Below, one piece after another: positions 44,101 through 53,240 of a stretch of DNA of 64,000 nucleotides; the stretch's first letter is position 1, and every line of letters begins with the position of its first letter. This DNA comes from Ginglymostoma cirratum (lineage: Eukaryota): contig JAHRHZ010000048.1 in the NCBI GenBank assembly GCA_024137785.1, forward strand, positions 12,690,256 through 12,754,255, written 5' to 3'. The notes beneath the pieces are model-generated. The model worked only from the letters and a program-made list of their open reading frames with translations, searched no databases and was not told the origin of the DNA. Both the position numbers and the translations under genes were made by a program.

Positions 44101-47072
44101 ACATGCCATTTGATAGACAGACTGAGATGTTAAAATTCTTGGCCAGGTCCTAAACAAGAAGTCTGCAATCATAAAAACAAATGAAATATTTCACGCAAAT
44201 TTAAAATGGAACTCTTCTCGCAAGCAAAATTTATAGGGCTTTATGAAAAAATGAAAACTTTGCAAATGATTATTTGCAATTAAAATAACAAACATTTCAA
44301 TACAGCTGAGGAAAAAGATAGAGATTCATTTGGGCTTTAATTGTATTTAGCCTGAAGGTAACTTTAAAATGGTATGAATTGTATACAGTAATTATCTAGA
44401 AATACTTTCAGATTTTGCAATAAAATTTGGAACAGTTGTTAAACTCCAATTTAAAAACAAGTCGGAGAAGCAATCCTAATTCTTCAAGATCTGGATTTAA
44501 TGTAGGCTATGAGGGTTTCATTTACTGGTTGGAGAATCAAAGTCATTTCCATGCACCCCCCATCCCCCAAATTGAGATGGTGCCTGAATCCTAGTACATT
44601 GAATTAACCCCATTCCTGGCCTACTGATCAAAGGCCCGGGGTGGGGAGGGTGGCTCTAGGCATTCTCCCCGTCTTTCCCAATGAAGGTTTCCTTGTTCAG
44701 GCACAGACAGCAAATGCAAACTCCCTCCACCCACACCAACAACCGTGACATCCTGTCACGAGCTGGTGAGGTTTTTCAGATCCGCCCCTCCCACTTCAGA
44801 CTTAAACGCAAGAGATTTGCCTGCTGATGGAGGACTGAAGTGCAGCAACTTCTGGGATCAAGTGGGCCATGAGAGACTGGATTAAACTCCACCCTATGTT
44901 TCTACTAACAAAATTCCTGGGCTGAACCCTGGATGTTAACAACATTTTCACACAAAATGATCCAGTGGATTACAAAAAAAGTGAAAGAAAGAGCTGAGCA
45001 GTTCAGCACGTTGCTATGAATTAAAATTTTTGCTAACTTTTCTTTGGCTTTTAGTCTTGCAGACATCAATTAAATAAACGGAAATATAAAACTGACATCA
45101 GAATATTGACAGATTTGCTTTGAAACTCCACATTCGAACTTTATGTAATTACAGCTTTAAACTTTATTACACCATGACATTTTTGATTACATTCTTTAAA
45201 GGATTGCTTCTAGATGAATCATTTTGAATGACATGAAATAAAAATTCACATTGGGTCTACTAGTCCGAAAACACCCACCCATCAGCAGCTGGCAATTTGA
45301 CAATTATAAATCAATATCCCCTTGTCTTTGATGTCACTCCCAACCCCTACGATATCATTTCCTCTTCTCCTGAGGAAGTGACTCATGCTGAAGCATAGCT
45401 TTCCAGACAACCACCTGGGCTCAAGTGTTTATTTCTCAAACATAAGGCAGGGCAGTGAGTGTTAACAGGTCCCACAGCAGATGCCAACCACATCCTCACT
45501 TCCTAGCCACACATATATAATCCCAACAATGGTTAGTAGATTTCAGAACCCTATCCAATATTTCCATGTAGCTTTAACACTCTTGCCTGGCCCAGCAGGA
45601 GAACAAATCCAGAAAATTTAAGTTCTTGCAAAATTGATGCATTTACCCACTGAGCCGGAAGATGTCATTTTGTGGTATCAAGTGCAATTTGGATTCAGGA
45701 GTTGATATATGTAAGGGTACTCTTTTAGGTCTTCACCCACTATTGTGTGAGCAGAATGACAATAATTGATAAACCCTAATTTTGTTGCAGAACAGCAATT
45801 AAGACTTGAATAGAAACAATTTTGTTAACAAGATACAAAATTGCACTAATTGTATAAAGAGTTGTTTTAACAAGGCCAATTATTTTATCATACAGTTTTC
45901 AAAATGCTGTCCCTAATCAGCTAACACCTTTGATTCACATACACCCAGACAAGCTTGGCTCAAAATAGTTTCTAAATATATTCTTCTACCACCACCACCA
46001 CTTGGTACTTAACCTTTCATGCAGCCAATTCCATGGAATGTTTCATTCTGTTTTATATCCAATAATGTAAGGGGCAGCAGCACAATTCAAGGATTCAGTA
46101 GTACTTACAATTAATTTTACTTTTGACTCTGCATTCTCTGTTGAGCAAATGGGATTTATTTATGTGAAGGAATTTGGTGGAACAAGTTGAACTTTTACCA
46201 TCAGATTTGTAAAATTTATCACTTACTGATTGTTAAATTAGGCCAGAAAGAACTTTTCAATTTCAACACTTTAAACTTCAAAGTCCAGGCTGGAGTTCCA
46301 TAAATTTTCAGATGGGATTGAGAAAAGACACATTCTCCCAAATGCAACACAACACCTTATGGAAACTCTGGATCAGCTTGGCACACACCATGTTCAAACT
46401 ATAAATGTTAGAGTGAATTTTTCTGTATATTAATTCATAGGAGTTATTATACTTCATGGTGATAATGAGTTGTGAGATGGAAAAATCACAATATTGCTGG
46501 AGGTGTGTAATAACTGAAATGACACAGTATGAAATGGGTGATTCATTCCAGCCACGGTAATTTGAATGAGTTAGTTCTGAATCAGCTCATGAAATTAGGT
46601 ACATGTTTTGTGAATTAGGTCTCATTCTGTGTTGCTTCACGCTCTGTTCAGTTGTCTTCATGCAGCCTTCTTCAGTCAAAGAGCAGGCAATTGGGTAGCA
46701 AGGAAATCAAAGTCTTCCCAAGCAAAAGGGCTGCATGCCAAAATCTACTTACTGCGAGTTTGTGATTCCTCATCATGTTATCAAACTCTTCATTTATTTT
46801 TTTATATTTTTCCTCTGTGTGGGGGGTGAGCACGTATGATGAGTCAGGCTCTGGACTGTCGCAGCCTCTGTGTTCTTTCTTGTTAAGTGCCTAGCAGATT
46901 TAAAGAATCAACACAAAGAATACCAGATGAAGGTACTTACACCATAGCGCTTGAACATTACATCATTATCTTCATTAAGCTTTCTGTATTTGTCCTCCAT
47001 GAGCGGACTGTGCTCAAAAGAATCATCTGGGTCTGGGCTATCACAGTCATTATGTCCTTTCTTTCTTAAGGT
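7885..47072 (-). CDS. MEF2A: Myocyte enhancer factor 2A, partial multi-exon CDS (5' MADS/MEF2-domain exons outside window)
   Basis: Exons 47072-46941 or 46890-46753, then 42672-42453, 39286-39233, 20725-20541, 19026-19003, 16731-16617, 14445-14319, 8194-7885. All have AG/GT boundaries; the post-alpha exons total 1035 nt (344 aa + stop) in one frame. Peptides match MEF2A ([48 protein letters not shown]). Confidence 0.96.
8655..9001 (-). mobile_element. HE1-like tRNA-derived V-SINE
   Basis: Reverse complement of gcagcactgtggctcagtggttagcac head, V-domain (gtgtggagtttgcacattct) and gtagggattctatgat tail. Confidence 0.85.
10330..10682 (-). mobile_element. tRNA-headed SINE of a second family (also about 40665-41010 and 49388-49840; tails at 1400-1590, 30150-30280, 33100-33285)
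   Basis: Shared gtgggcatctctggc...atttattgccc tail and gggatttgaacccgtgtcc...ctggatcactagtccagt head across copies. Confidence 0.65.
11790..12200 (-). mobile_element. Old Deu-domain-like SINE relic
   Basis: ggaaaattccctgctct...gagggggcagac...ctgcactcaag...gatttaagtcacaac resembles the reverse DeuSINE consensus as recalled. Confidence 0.5.
14319..14445 (-). CDS. MEF2A: MEF2A penultimate coding exon (127 nt)
   Basis: ttgcag|AT TAT TCA...CTA AT|gtaagt; [42 protein letters not shown]; phase 1-2. Confidence 0.94.
16617..16731 (-). CDS. MEF2A: MEF2A exon with tandem TP phosphorylation sites (115 nt)
   Basis: tttatag|AAT GTA CAG...AAC ACT G|gtaatc; [38 protein letters not shown]; phase 0-1. Confidence 0.94.
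19003..19026 (-). CDS. MEF2A: MEF2A beta microexon (24 nt, acidic SEEDELDM)
   Basis: ttctgcag|TCA GAG GAG GAT GAA TTG GAT ATG|gtaagt; expected position and size, resembles mammalian SEEEELEL. Confidence 0.92.
19093..19231. mobile_element. Family B Penelope-derived insert just upstream of the beta-exon acceptor
   Basis: aagaactgtggatgctgggaatctg end plus ggacttgaaatgttaactc...gctgccagacctgctgagtttctccagca arm. Confidence 0.75.
20541..20725 (-). CDS. MEF2A: MEF2A exon with MAPK docking motif (185 nt)
   Basis: ttcag|GA AAT GGT...CCT CTG|gtgagt; [13 protein letters not shown]...[39 protein letters not shown]; phase 1-0. Confidence 0.96.
22861..23052 (+). mobile_element. Fold-back family B insert (decayed)
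   Basis: aaactcagcaggtctggcagc inverted against gctgccagatctgaactttttccagca; ends cagattccgggcattcacagtacttt. Confidence 0.7.
23150..23900. mobile_element. Two old CR1 fragments in opposite orientations (about 23150-23460 plus, 23500-23900 minus)
   Basis: [17 protein letters not shown] peptide, then reverse-complement CR1 3' sequence. Confidence 0.6.
24350..25199 (+). mobile_element. CR1-clade LINE 3' fragment (decayed ORF2)
   Basis: [42 protein letters not shown] peptide; CR1-type 3'UTR. Confidence 0.9.
25200..25505 (+). mobile_element. HE1-like SINE inserted at the 3' end of a CR1 LINE
   Basis: ggcacagtggctccgtggttagcactgctgcctcacagc...ctgtagggattctatgattctat. Confidence 0.85.
25819..25959 (-). 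mobile_element. Fold-back family A insert with 14-bp TSD
   Basis: TTATTTTGATGCTT at 25805-25818 and 25960-25973; ctgaagaagggtctgggcctgaaacatc motif inside. Confidence 0.85.
26545..26670 (-). mobile_element. Internally deleted family A insert
   Basis: cagagatagtaagaactgcagatg end plus inverted arm; imperfect flanking duplication acaccct(ct)catgca. Confidence 0.7.
29400..29690 (+). mobile_element. CR1 LINE 3' fragment
   Basis: gatcttattgaaagatacaagaccctgagg...gagaagatgtttcccc, similar to 24830-25100 and 30830-31100. Confidence 0.7.
30553..31202 (+). mobile_element. CR1-clade LINE 3' fragment
   Basis: [17 protein letters not shown]...[33 protein letters not shown] peptide. Confidence 0.9.
31450..31605 (+). 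mobile_element. Rex1/Babar-like LINE C-terminal fragment
   Basis: Translates to IKDPSHP...[29 protein letters not shown]-type motif. Confidence 0.7.
34669..34796 (-). mobile_element. Single-arm family A insert
   Basis: cagagataaaaggtactgcagatgctggagaatccgagataacaag...gacgtttcgggcctaaacctttcatc. Confidence 0.75.
35729..36055 (-). mobile_element. HE1-like SINE
   Basis: Reverse complement of the same head, V-domain and tail. Confidence 0.85.
37536..37859 (+). mobile_element. HE1-like SINE, young copy (CpGs retained)
   Basis: ggggcagcacggtggctcagtggttagcgc (A box), gggttcaattcc (B box), ttctat tail repeats. Confidence 0.9.
39233..39286 (-). CDS. MEF2A: MEF2A small constitutive exon (54 nt), not in the ORF track
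   Basis: ctctag|GT GGA ATG ATG...CCT GTG G|gtaagc; (G)[17 protein letters not shown](G); phase 1-1. Confidence 0.93.
39792..40530 (+). mobile_element. Penelope-like retroelement 3' remnant: decayed GIY-YIG endonuclease, 3' region and hammerhead motif
   Basis: Translates as [30 protein letters not shown], then (frameshift) LPAACHFN...[26 protein letters not shown], typical of a PLE GIY-YIG C-terminus; followed by CTGAAGA...GAAATGTTAACT at about 40396-40435. Confidence 0.85.
42453..42672 (-). CDS. MEF2A: MEF2A constitutive exon (220 nt)
   Basis: ttgcag|CCT GGT TTG...GCA G|gtatac; [27 protein letters not shown]...[14 protein letters not shown]; phase 0-1. Confidence 0.95.
43211..43376 (+). mobile_element. 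Fold-back family A insert with 14-bp TSD
   Basis: Same arms as the 56119 copy; actctagagacaat (43197-43210) and actctagaggcaat (43377-43390). Confidence 0.85.
46753..46890 (-). CDS. MEF2A: MEF2A alpha2 alternative exon (138 nt, 46 aa), not in the ORF track
   Basis: ctgctag|GCA...GCA|gtaagt; [46 protein letters not shown]; phase 0-0; near-identical to the mammalian exon as recalled. Confidence 0.95.
46941..47072 (-). CDS. MEF2A: MEF2A alpha1 alternative exon (132 nt, 44 aa)
   Basis: tttcag|ACC...GGT|gtaagt; [44 protein letters not shown]; phase 0-0. Confidence 0.95.
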
Positions 47073-47449
47073 CTGAAATACAATTGGAAAATTCACACAC
47101 AACTACAAACCTGCCATAACAATAACTGTTCAATAACTGAATCCCCCTAGTCACCACCGCAACGCACCCCCAAAATTTAACCATTCTTAATGGGCATCTT
47201 TATAAATCTGGAATTAAGTCTGAAAGCAGCAGCCTTTACACCGAAGAGAAGAAAATGATATAACTACATCAAAATTAATTGTAGGATTGCAGGTTTCAAC
47301 ACTGACATTCACTTATTGTTCCATTGTTTAAAAAGGGGAGAGAGGCTTTACCTTCTTGATCTCATTTTCATTTAGAAACTGCAGAATGAAATTCATTCCA
47401 TTCCCTTTCACTAAGATACATGAAGATTACAGCAGCTGTTTAACAGTAG

Positions 47450-47665
47450 TTGCCATAATCTCAAAGGACCATAGGGCTGCTGCCTCATTAGATAGAGACA
47501 ACAGGTGGTGCGTTTAGCCCGAAGGTCACCATGCCTCGGGTGAAGGGTGAGGTCGAGAAGGAGGGACCTTCACGGTGACCTCAGCCGACATGGGAATTTA
47601 ACCTGTGCTGTCTGCATTGCAGCATTGGAAACCTGCTGTCCAGTCAACCGAGCTAACTGACGACA
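47450..47665 (-). mobile_element. tRNA-derived SINE relic
   Basis: gggaatttaacctgtgctg...ccagtcaaccgagctaac reverse tRNA-like head. Confidence 0.5.
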
Positions 47666-49575
47666 GGGTTAAATCACAAACAAATTTACAAGTTCCCTTA
47701 ATTTGGTCACATTTCACATCACGTGAAATTACGTCATAGGATTGTTTACATGAATGGTTCAGAGTTGAAAGGAAATGTTATACACACACTATTTAAGGAA
47801 GGGACAAAAAATAAAGATAGTGAAGTGTGGTACCTTGCTTTCGATATGCAAACTTGCTTTACACATGGGTGAAATTCTTCATTATCATACATTTTTAATA
47901 CAATCTGACAGCATAAAAATAGGTCAGTGCAAAATGGTTGGAGCCAATTATTTGCATGATGGAGCATATTTGTAGCTGTCACAATGCACAAATACGAGTT
48001 AGTGTGTTAGGAACTTATAAACAAAAAAGAAAACAAAAGTTATACATTAATAACATTTATTCTGGAAGTTCTGGCAGTAGAGATTCAACTTGAATAGAAG
48101 AAATGGGTGACATCACATCAGGAGTCAATGATGTGTGTTGTACATTCAAGTCAATGGAACTGATACAAAGCACTAAGTGTTGCATATACCAGTCAGGTCA
48201 CATAATGCTACCCATTTTTGCTACTTTGAGACAAGTTTCTACTCCTTGATGTCTTAATGCATACCAGAACTCATTAGAAATTCAGATAGCCAAAAGACTT
48301 CCCTGCCAGTCACTATGAATAGATGGAAAATGTAGTCAATGCCCACTATATTTATTTCCTTGATCTTGCAGATCAGACATAATTTATAAGTAAGAAAGGA
48401 TTCTTTTTAAGAAAAAGACTGCATACAATTCTGACATTTAGAAAGATTCCAGAGTTGGCAGCAGGTTGTTCCAGTTCCTGAACCACAAGAGCTTGTATTT
48501 ATTTAGCATAATGAATGTAGTAACAGAACAAACTATTCCAAAAGAGTCTCGCAAGAGTGCTAGCAACCAAAATTTGGCATCAAAAGACATAAGGCGATTA
48601 GGACAGGTGACCGAAAGCTTGGTCAAAGGTTCAAGGAGCTTCTTAACTGACAAGAGAGGAGAGGCTTGGAGAGGCAAATGCAGAGATTGTCTATCAATAA
48701 CATAAAGATTAAAATAGGGGTAAGTAATATTTGAGAATGGAGGAGTGCAGGGATCTCGGACTTAACAGATTGGGTTTGGGGATGGTGGTGAGGTAGGGGC
48801 AAAGCCAACAAAAGCTTTGAAAATTAGGGCAACAATCTTAAATTTAAAGGCATAACCAAGCTATTGTAAATAAAACTTAGTTCAGCAGGTAATTCGATGG
48901 ATTTCAGAAAGCAGGTATAGCATTTGCACAGCAATTCTAATTATTTAAGGAAATAAATTATGAAGTTTCTGATGGTTTGCAATCGGATGGAGATTTTTTT
49001 GATAATGACAATCTCTTCTTCTTATGAGTTTACAACTATTTCTTAGATGTGCAGGATCAATAATCAATAAGTAGCCCGAGATCAAAGTAAAAATTAATCT
49101 ACTGGTGAAGGGTAATATTGTCTCAATTTCAGTTGAAATGGTTTTGTTGAGTGAGATTCATAGCCCTGAATCTTGCCTGGTTTGGAGCAAGCTCTCTTGC
49201 TCAACCTACCACTCTTTACCTCATTAATTAAGCAACTCAGCTCTTGGGCACTGTACTTGTGGAACTGTGCGAGCAGAGGAGTGGTCACTGCCCAAACACC
49301 TGTCATTCAGAACTTTGGTGCCATATTTGATGCCCAGGTGCACACCACTTCAGATGTGCAAGCTCAGAACTGACCATTACTGTTCCTTTTCATTCATTTG
49401 TGATGTGGGTGTCTCTGGCTAGACCAGCATTTATTACCCTTCCCTAACTGCCCAGAGGATAGTTAGGAGTCAACAACATTGTTTTGGGGCTGGGGTCACA
49501 TATAAGCCAGGTGAGGTAAAGATAGCAGTTTCCTACCCTAAAGGGCATTATTAAAACAGAAGGGTTTTTCTGACA

Positions 49576-49698
49576 CAAAAACAAAGTTGCTGGAAAAGCT
49601 CAGCAGGTCTGGCAGCATCTGTGGAGGAGAAAACAGAGTTAACGTTTCGGGCCCGGTGACCCTTCCTCAGAACTGATTTACAGCATCCGCAGTTCTTA
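49576..49698. mobile_element. Short Penelope-derived insert (family B) nested in an older SINE
   Basis: Similar to 40396-40530; flanked by gggtttttctgaca (49562-49575) and ggggttttctgaca (49699-49712). Confidence 0.8.
49637..49674 (-). ncRNA. Minimal (Penelope-type) hammerhead ribozyme motif, intact core
   Basis: Minus strand reads AGTT-CTGAGGA-A-GGGTC-ACCG-GGCCC-GAAA-CGTT-AACT: stem I AGTT/AACT, 5-bp stem II (one G-U), CUGANGA and GAAA boxes. Confidence 0.75.
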
Positions 49699-52600
49699 GG
49701 GGTTTTCTGACAATGGATTCATGATCATCATTAGATTCCAGATTTTTATTGATTTCAGCTGTCATAGTAGGATTTGAACCCAGGTCCCCAGAACATTCCT
49801 TGGATTAAGTCAACTAATAATAAGCACTAGGCCATCGTCTTGTGTTTTACTGACATCACGAGGAATTGGCCCAGAGGAAAGCCTGCTCTATGCTTTGCGG
49901 ACATGGAGCTGCAGTGTTGGTAGTCAGCAAGATGGAGAGGTGTACCTTTTCCCATGGACAACCACAAGAGGCTGCATCATCAGACTAAGCCAGACTGGAC
50001 CCAAACTGCAGCCCAGGTCTGTGCCCTGGGCGAAGCAGGACACCTAGCAGTTCAGAAAGAAATTCAAATATCTTCTGTGCTCCAGGGGCAAGTACCACCA
50101 TTTTCTCTCACACTCAAAAGACCACCAACCACTAACTGTCCTAATGCACACACCTCTCAATATGGGTCACAAAAGTACGACTTTTTGTATTGAATGCATC
50201 ATGCCTAAAATATGCCGTACTGCCTTCTGTGCTTTCTGCTCAGTCAATGGGGACACAACAGCACTTCTCCTGCACCTGCATCACCACCACCCATTATCTA
50301 TCCACTTCCAACAAATCTAATCTCACCTTTTGTGGAATTATTGGAAAAGTTGGTCACCTCTCTGAATTGATGTCTCCACAGGACCCCATCTGACCTACCT
50401 GGAATCCACGGACTAGATGTGCTTGACTTATAGGATTGGCTGTGGCCGAACTGCAAAGATGCGGATTCCTGGGCTTTGACAGGACCAAGTGCCTGAATGA
50501 CCATGGACACCCTCATGGACTGGAACAAGGTGAGCTCCCTGACTGATTGTGTGGTGTCTCCTGACTGGTCATAGTACTCTTTCACCACACTAAGGTCTGC
50601 TTCCCTTTGATTTTCACACATGGCCACTTGCTTGAAACACATGCAGTTTGTCTGCCATGTAAACTGCTGGTACGTGCTTCAGGTGTGAAGTTGCTGCTAC
50701 ATAGTACAGTCTAGTAGCATACCCACCAAATTGACTGTTCAGTGCTCCCCACCGCAACAGGTTGCCTACCCTCCCTTTGCACATAAAGGCAATACAAGAC
50801 ACAGAGGCTGGCAGCCTATGACTAAGCACAAAAAAACCCTGTGAGCTGACAAAGCAATGAGATGTAGACAGAAGCAGGCATCCTTCAAGGATGTACAAAA
50901 AGTGAGTGAGTGCTAGGAAAGCAAGCTAAGGGCCATTAGACACATCCTGCACAGTTGCACAAGATGCAAGAAAATCCCAAGAAAATCAACCCAGCGAAAG
51001 CATACAAATCACAGGTATCCCAAAATAAAGAGTTAAAGGGATGAAGTGGTGTGAGAGTTGGTCTGAGGGAGGGCACAATGATATTGTGAGGCTGGTAGTT
51101 CGCCAACACCGACTTCTATGGAAAAAGGGTCAAGATCGAGGAGGGTGGTGGCCTTGGAGCACACAGGGACATTGTGACAAAGCAGAAACCAGAATAAGCA
51201 AATCCGTGAGCTGCAGCCATCAGGTATCCATCCATCAGGAATTTGTGCCATCTCATTTCTTGAGGACAGGAGCACAGAGTGGTGCAGAAGTAAGATGAGC
51301 TGGGGCTTTAATGAGGTGCAAATGCATGAAAGTAAGGTAATTGCTGCTCAATGATGAGAGTCTAAAGTTTCCTTTTAAGGCTTGAGGGGAAAAAATTTGC
51401 AAATATTTTTCTCACAGCGAGTTTCTAATTTTTTCACGCTTTCAGAATCTTCCCACCTTTCTTGCCAATGCTCACGCCACACAAGTGAGGGGAAATATTT
51501 CACCTTACTATTTTATAAAAATGGGATACATTCTTCACTGGAGACAACATAAGAAATTGAAATGCAGGGCTTTTAAAAGAAAAATTGGAAGATGAGGTGA
51601 TCAATTATCAGAAGTTACAAACGAAACAACAGGTACAGAGTTAGGAAAAGGACAAAAAACCCTCTGCAAACTATAATCCAGGTTACCTACAAAACGCATA
51701 TTTCTGAGCTTTCTGCATCTCAACTAACAATAGCTCAATAACTAAGTCATTAGTATATTAGTAACAAATCAGAAACTTAAATGTTATTATTTTTGACCTA
51801 TACATGCATTAGTTTAGTATATGAAGTTCCCTCTTCAGAGTTCACCTTGTATACACGCAGTATAAGAAAATGGAATAAAGTTAACCAGATTGAACAACAC
51901 ACAAATTTAAGCGGAAAGAGCAAGCATTCCCCCATCTGCACAATAGCTAGCTTATTTAGTGATTTCTGTTCATAAAACATGAGCTCAAATTTCAGAAAAA
52001 AAATTAGATTAAATGATTTATACTTGCCCTTATTCTTCTTTCCAAGAAATTCTTTACATAATATGCGCAGAACACTGATTCTATCTGTAATTTATGCAAA
52101 TGAATGAACACAACTTGCCAAACTGCCTAGATTGCAAGAGAGAACTAACTTGTTGAGGGAGTCAACTGCAAATTACCATAAAAGAAAATCAGCTTGGGTT
52201 CCCTTTCTAAATGAATATTGTTTCTCCTTTGCACTGGGAACTTGACATGTTGGTTTCCATTTTAAAAATTACCAGAAAATCCAGCAGGAGATTGTCTCAG
52301 TTAAAACTTGCAAAACCTAAAGCCATAACTAGCCAAGTCCAAACAAGTTCTGGGACTAACCACATGGAGGTAGTAGAATAAAAGCATGAAACCAGTGCAG
52401 TCCAATGCACAGGTCTTCGCTCCACACCCGACAAACTTCATCTCCAATCTCTCCTTTTATCCCTCACCACAAAGCTCACAATGACCAATCTTTCATCCAG
52501 CTATTGGCCATGACCACTCGCTGCCCCCATTCCCTCTTGAATACTCGGAATCATCCTCAAGCATTCCAGCTCATGGCCTCCTGTTGGTAACTTAGCTCTG

Positions 52601-52704
52601 TGTCCTCAGACTTATCGGGTTCCAGTGCTGTTTTTAGTCTTGCCTGCACATTTCCAATAAATCCATAAATATGGAGAATTTGGTGTTCATTGACAGAAGC
52701 ATAC

Positions 52705-53240
52705 TGTAGAATCATACAGTACAGAACAGTTTCTTTGGTCCATTGAGTCTACACTGACAAAAACTACTAAGACGGTGATGTTTGTCTTTTTAATTTGTCT
52801 TGTTTTTCTGACCTATAGTTATTCCTAATATAGCTGCAATTAACTCTTTTTCTTCATTTCTCTACTCTGTAACTAAGGAGTGTACCTAGGTACCTTTGTA
52901 TCCAAGATGGTGCTGTAAGAAGTGACTTACAAAAACTTTTCACTGTACTCAAATATGTAAAATGTGACAATAAAGCTAATTCAATTCGACTCAATCTACA
53001 CTAGCCACAGCACTTGAAACACGCTCTTGCATGTTATGACATTTCAAGTGCTCATCCAAGTACTTTGTAAAGGTTGCGAGGTTTCCTGCCCCAAATACCC
53101 ACCCAAGCCAGTGCTTCCAGATTCCCACCAGCCACTGGGTGAAAACTAATATCTCCAAATCCCTTCTAAACCTCCTGCCTTTCGCCTTAAAGTTATGCTC
53201 CCTTGTTATTGACCTTCCACTCAAGGATCCAACAACTTTC
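52705..53240 (-). mobile_element. CR1 3' fragment interrupted by a second element (about 52770-52990)
   Basis: MSGRSITREHNFKAKGRRFRRDL...FTQWLVGIW peptide; the insert ends ttttcactgtactc...tgtgacaataaagctaattcaattc. Confidence 0.65.
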
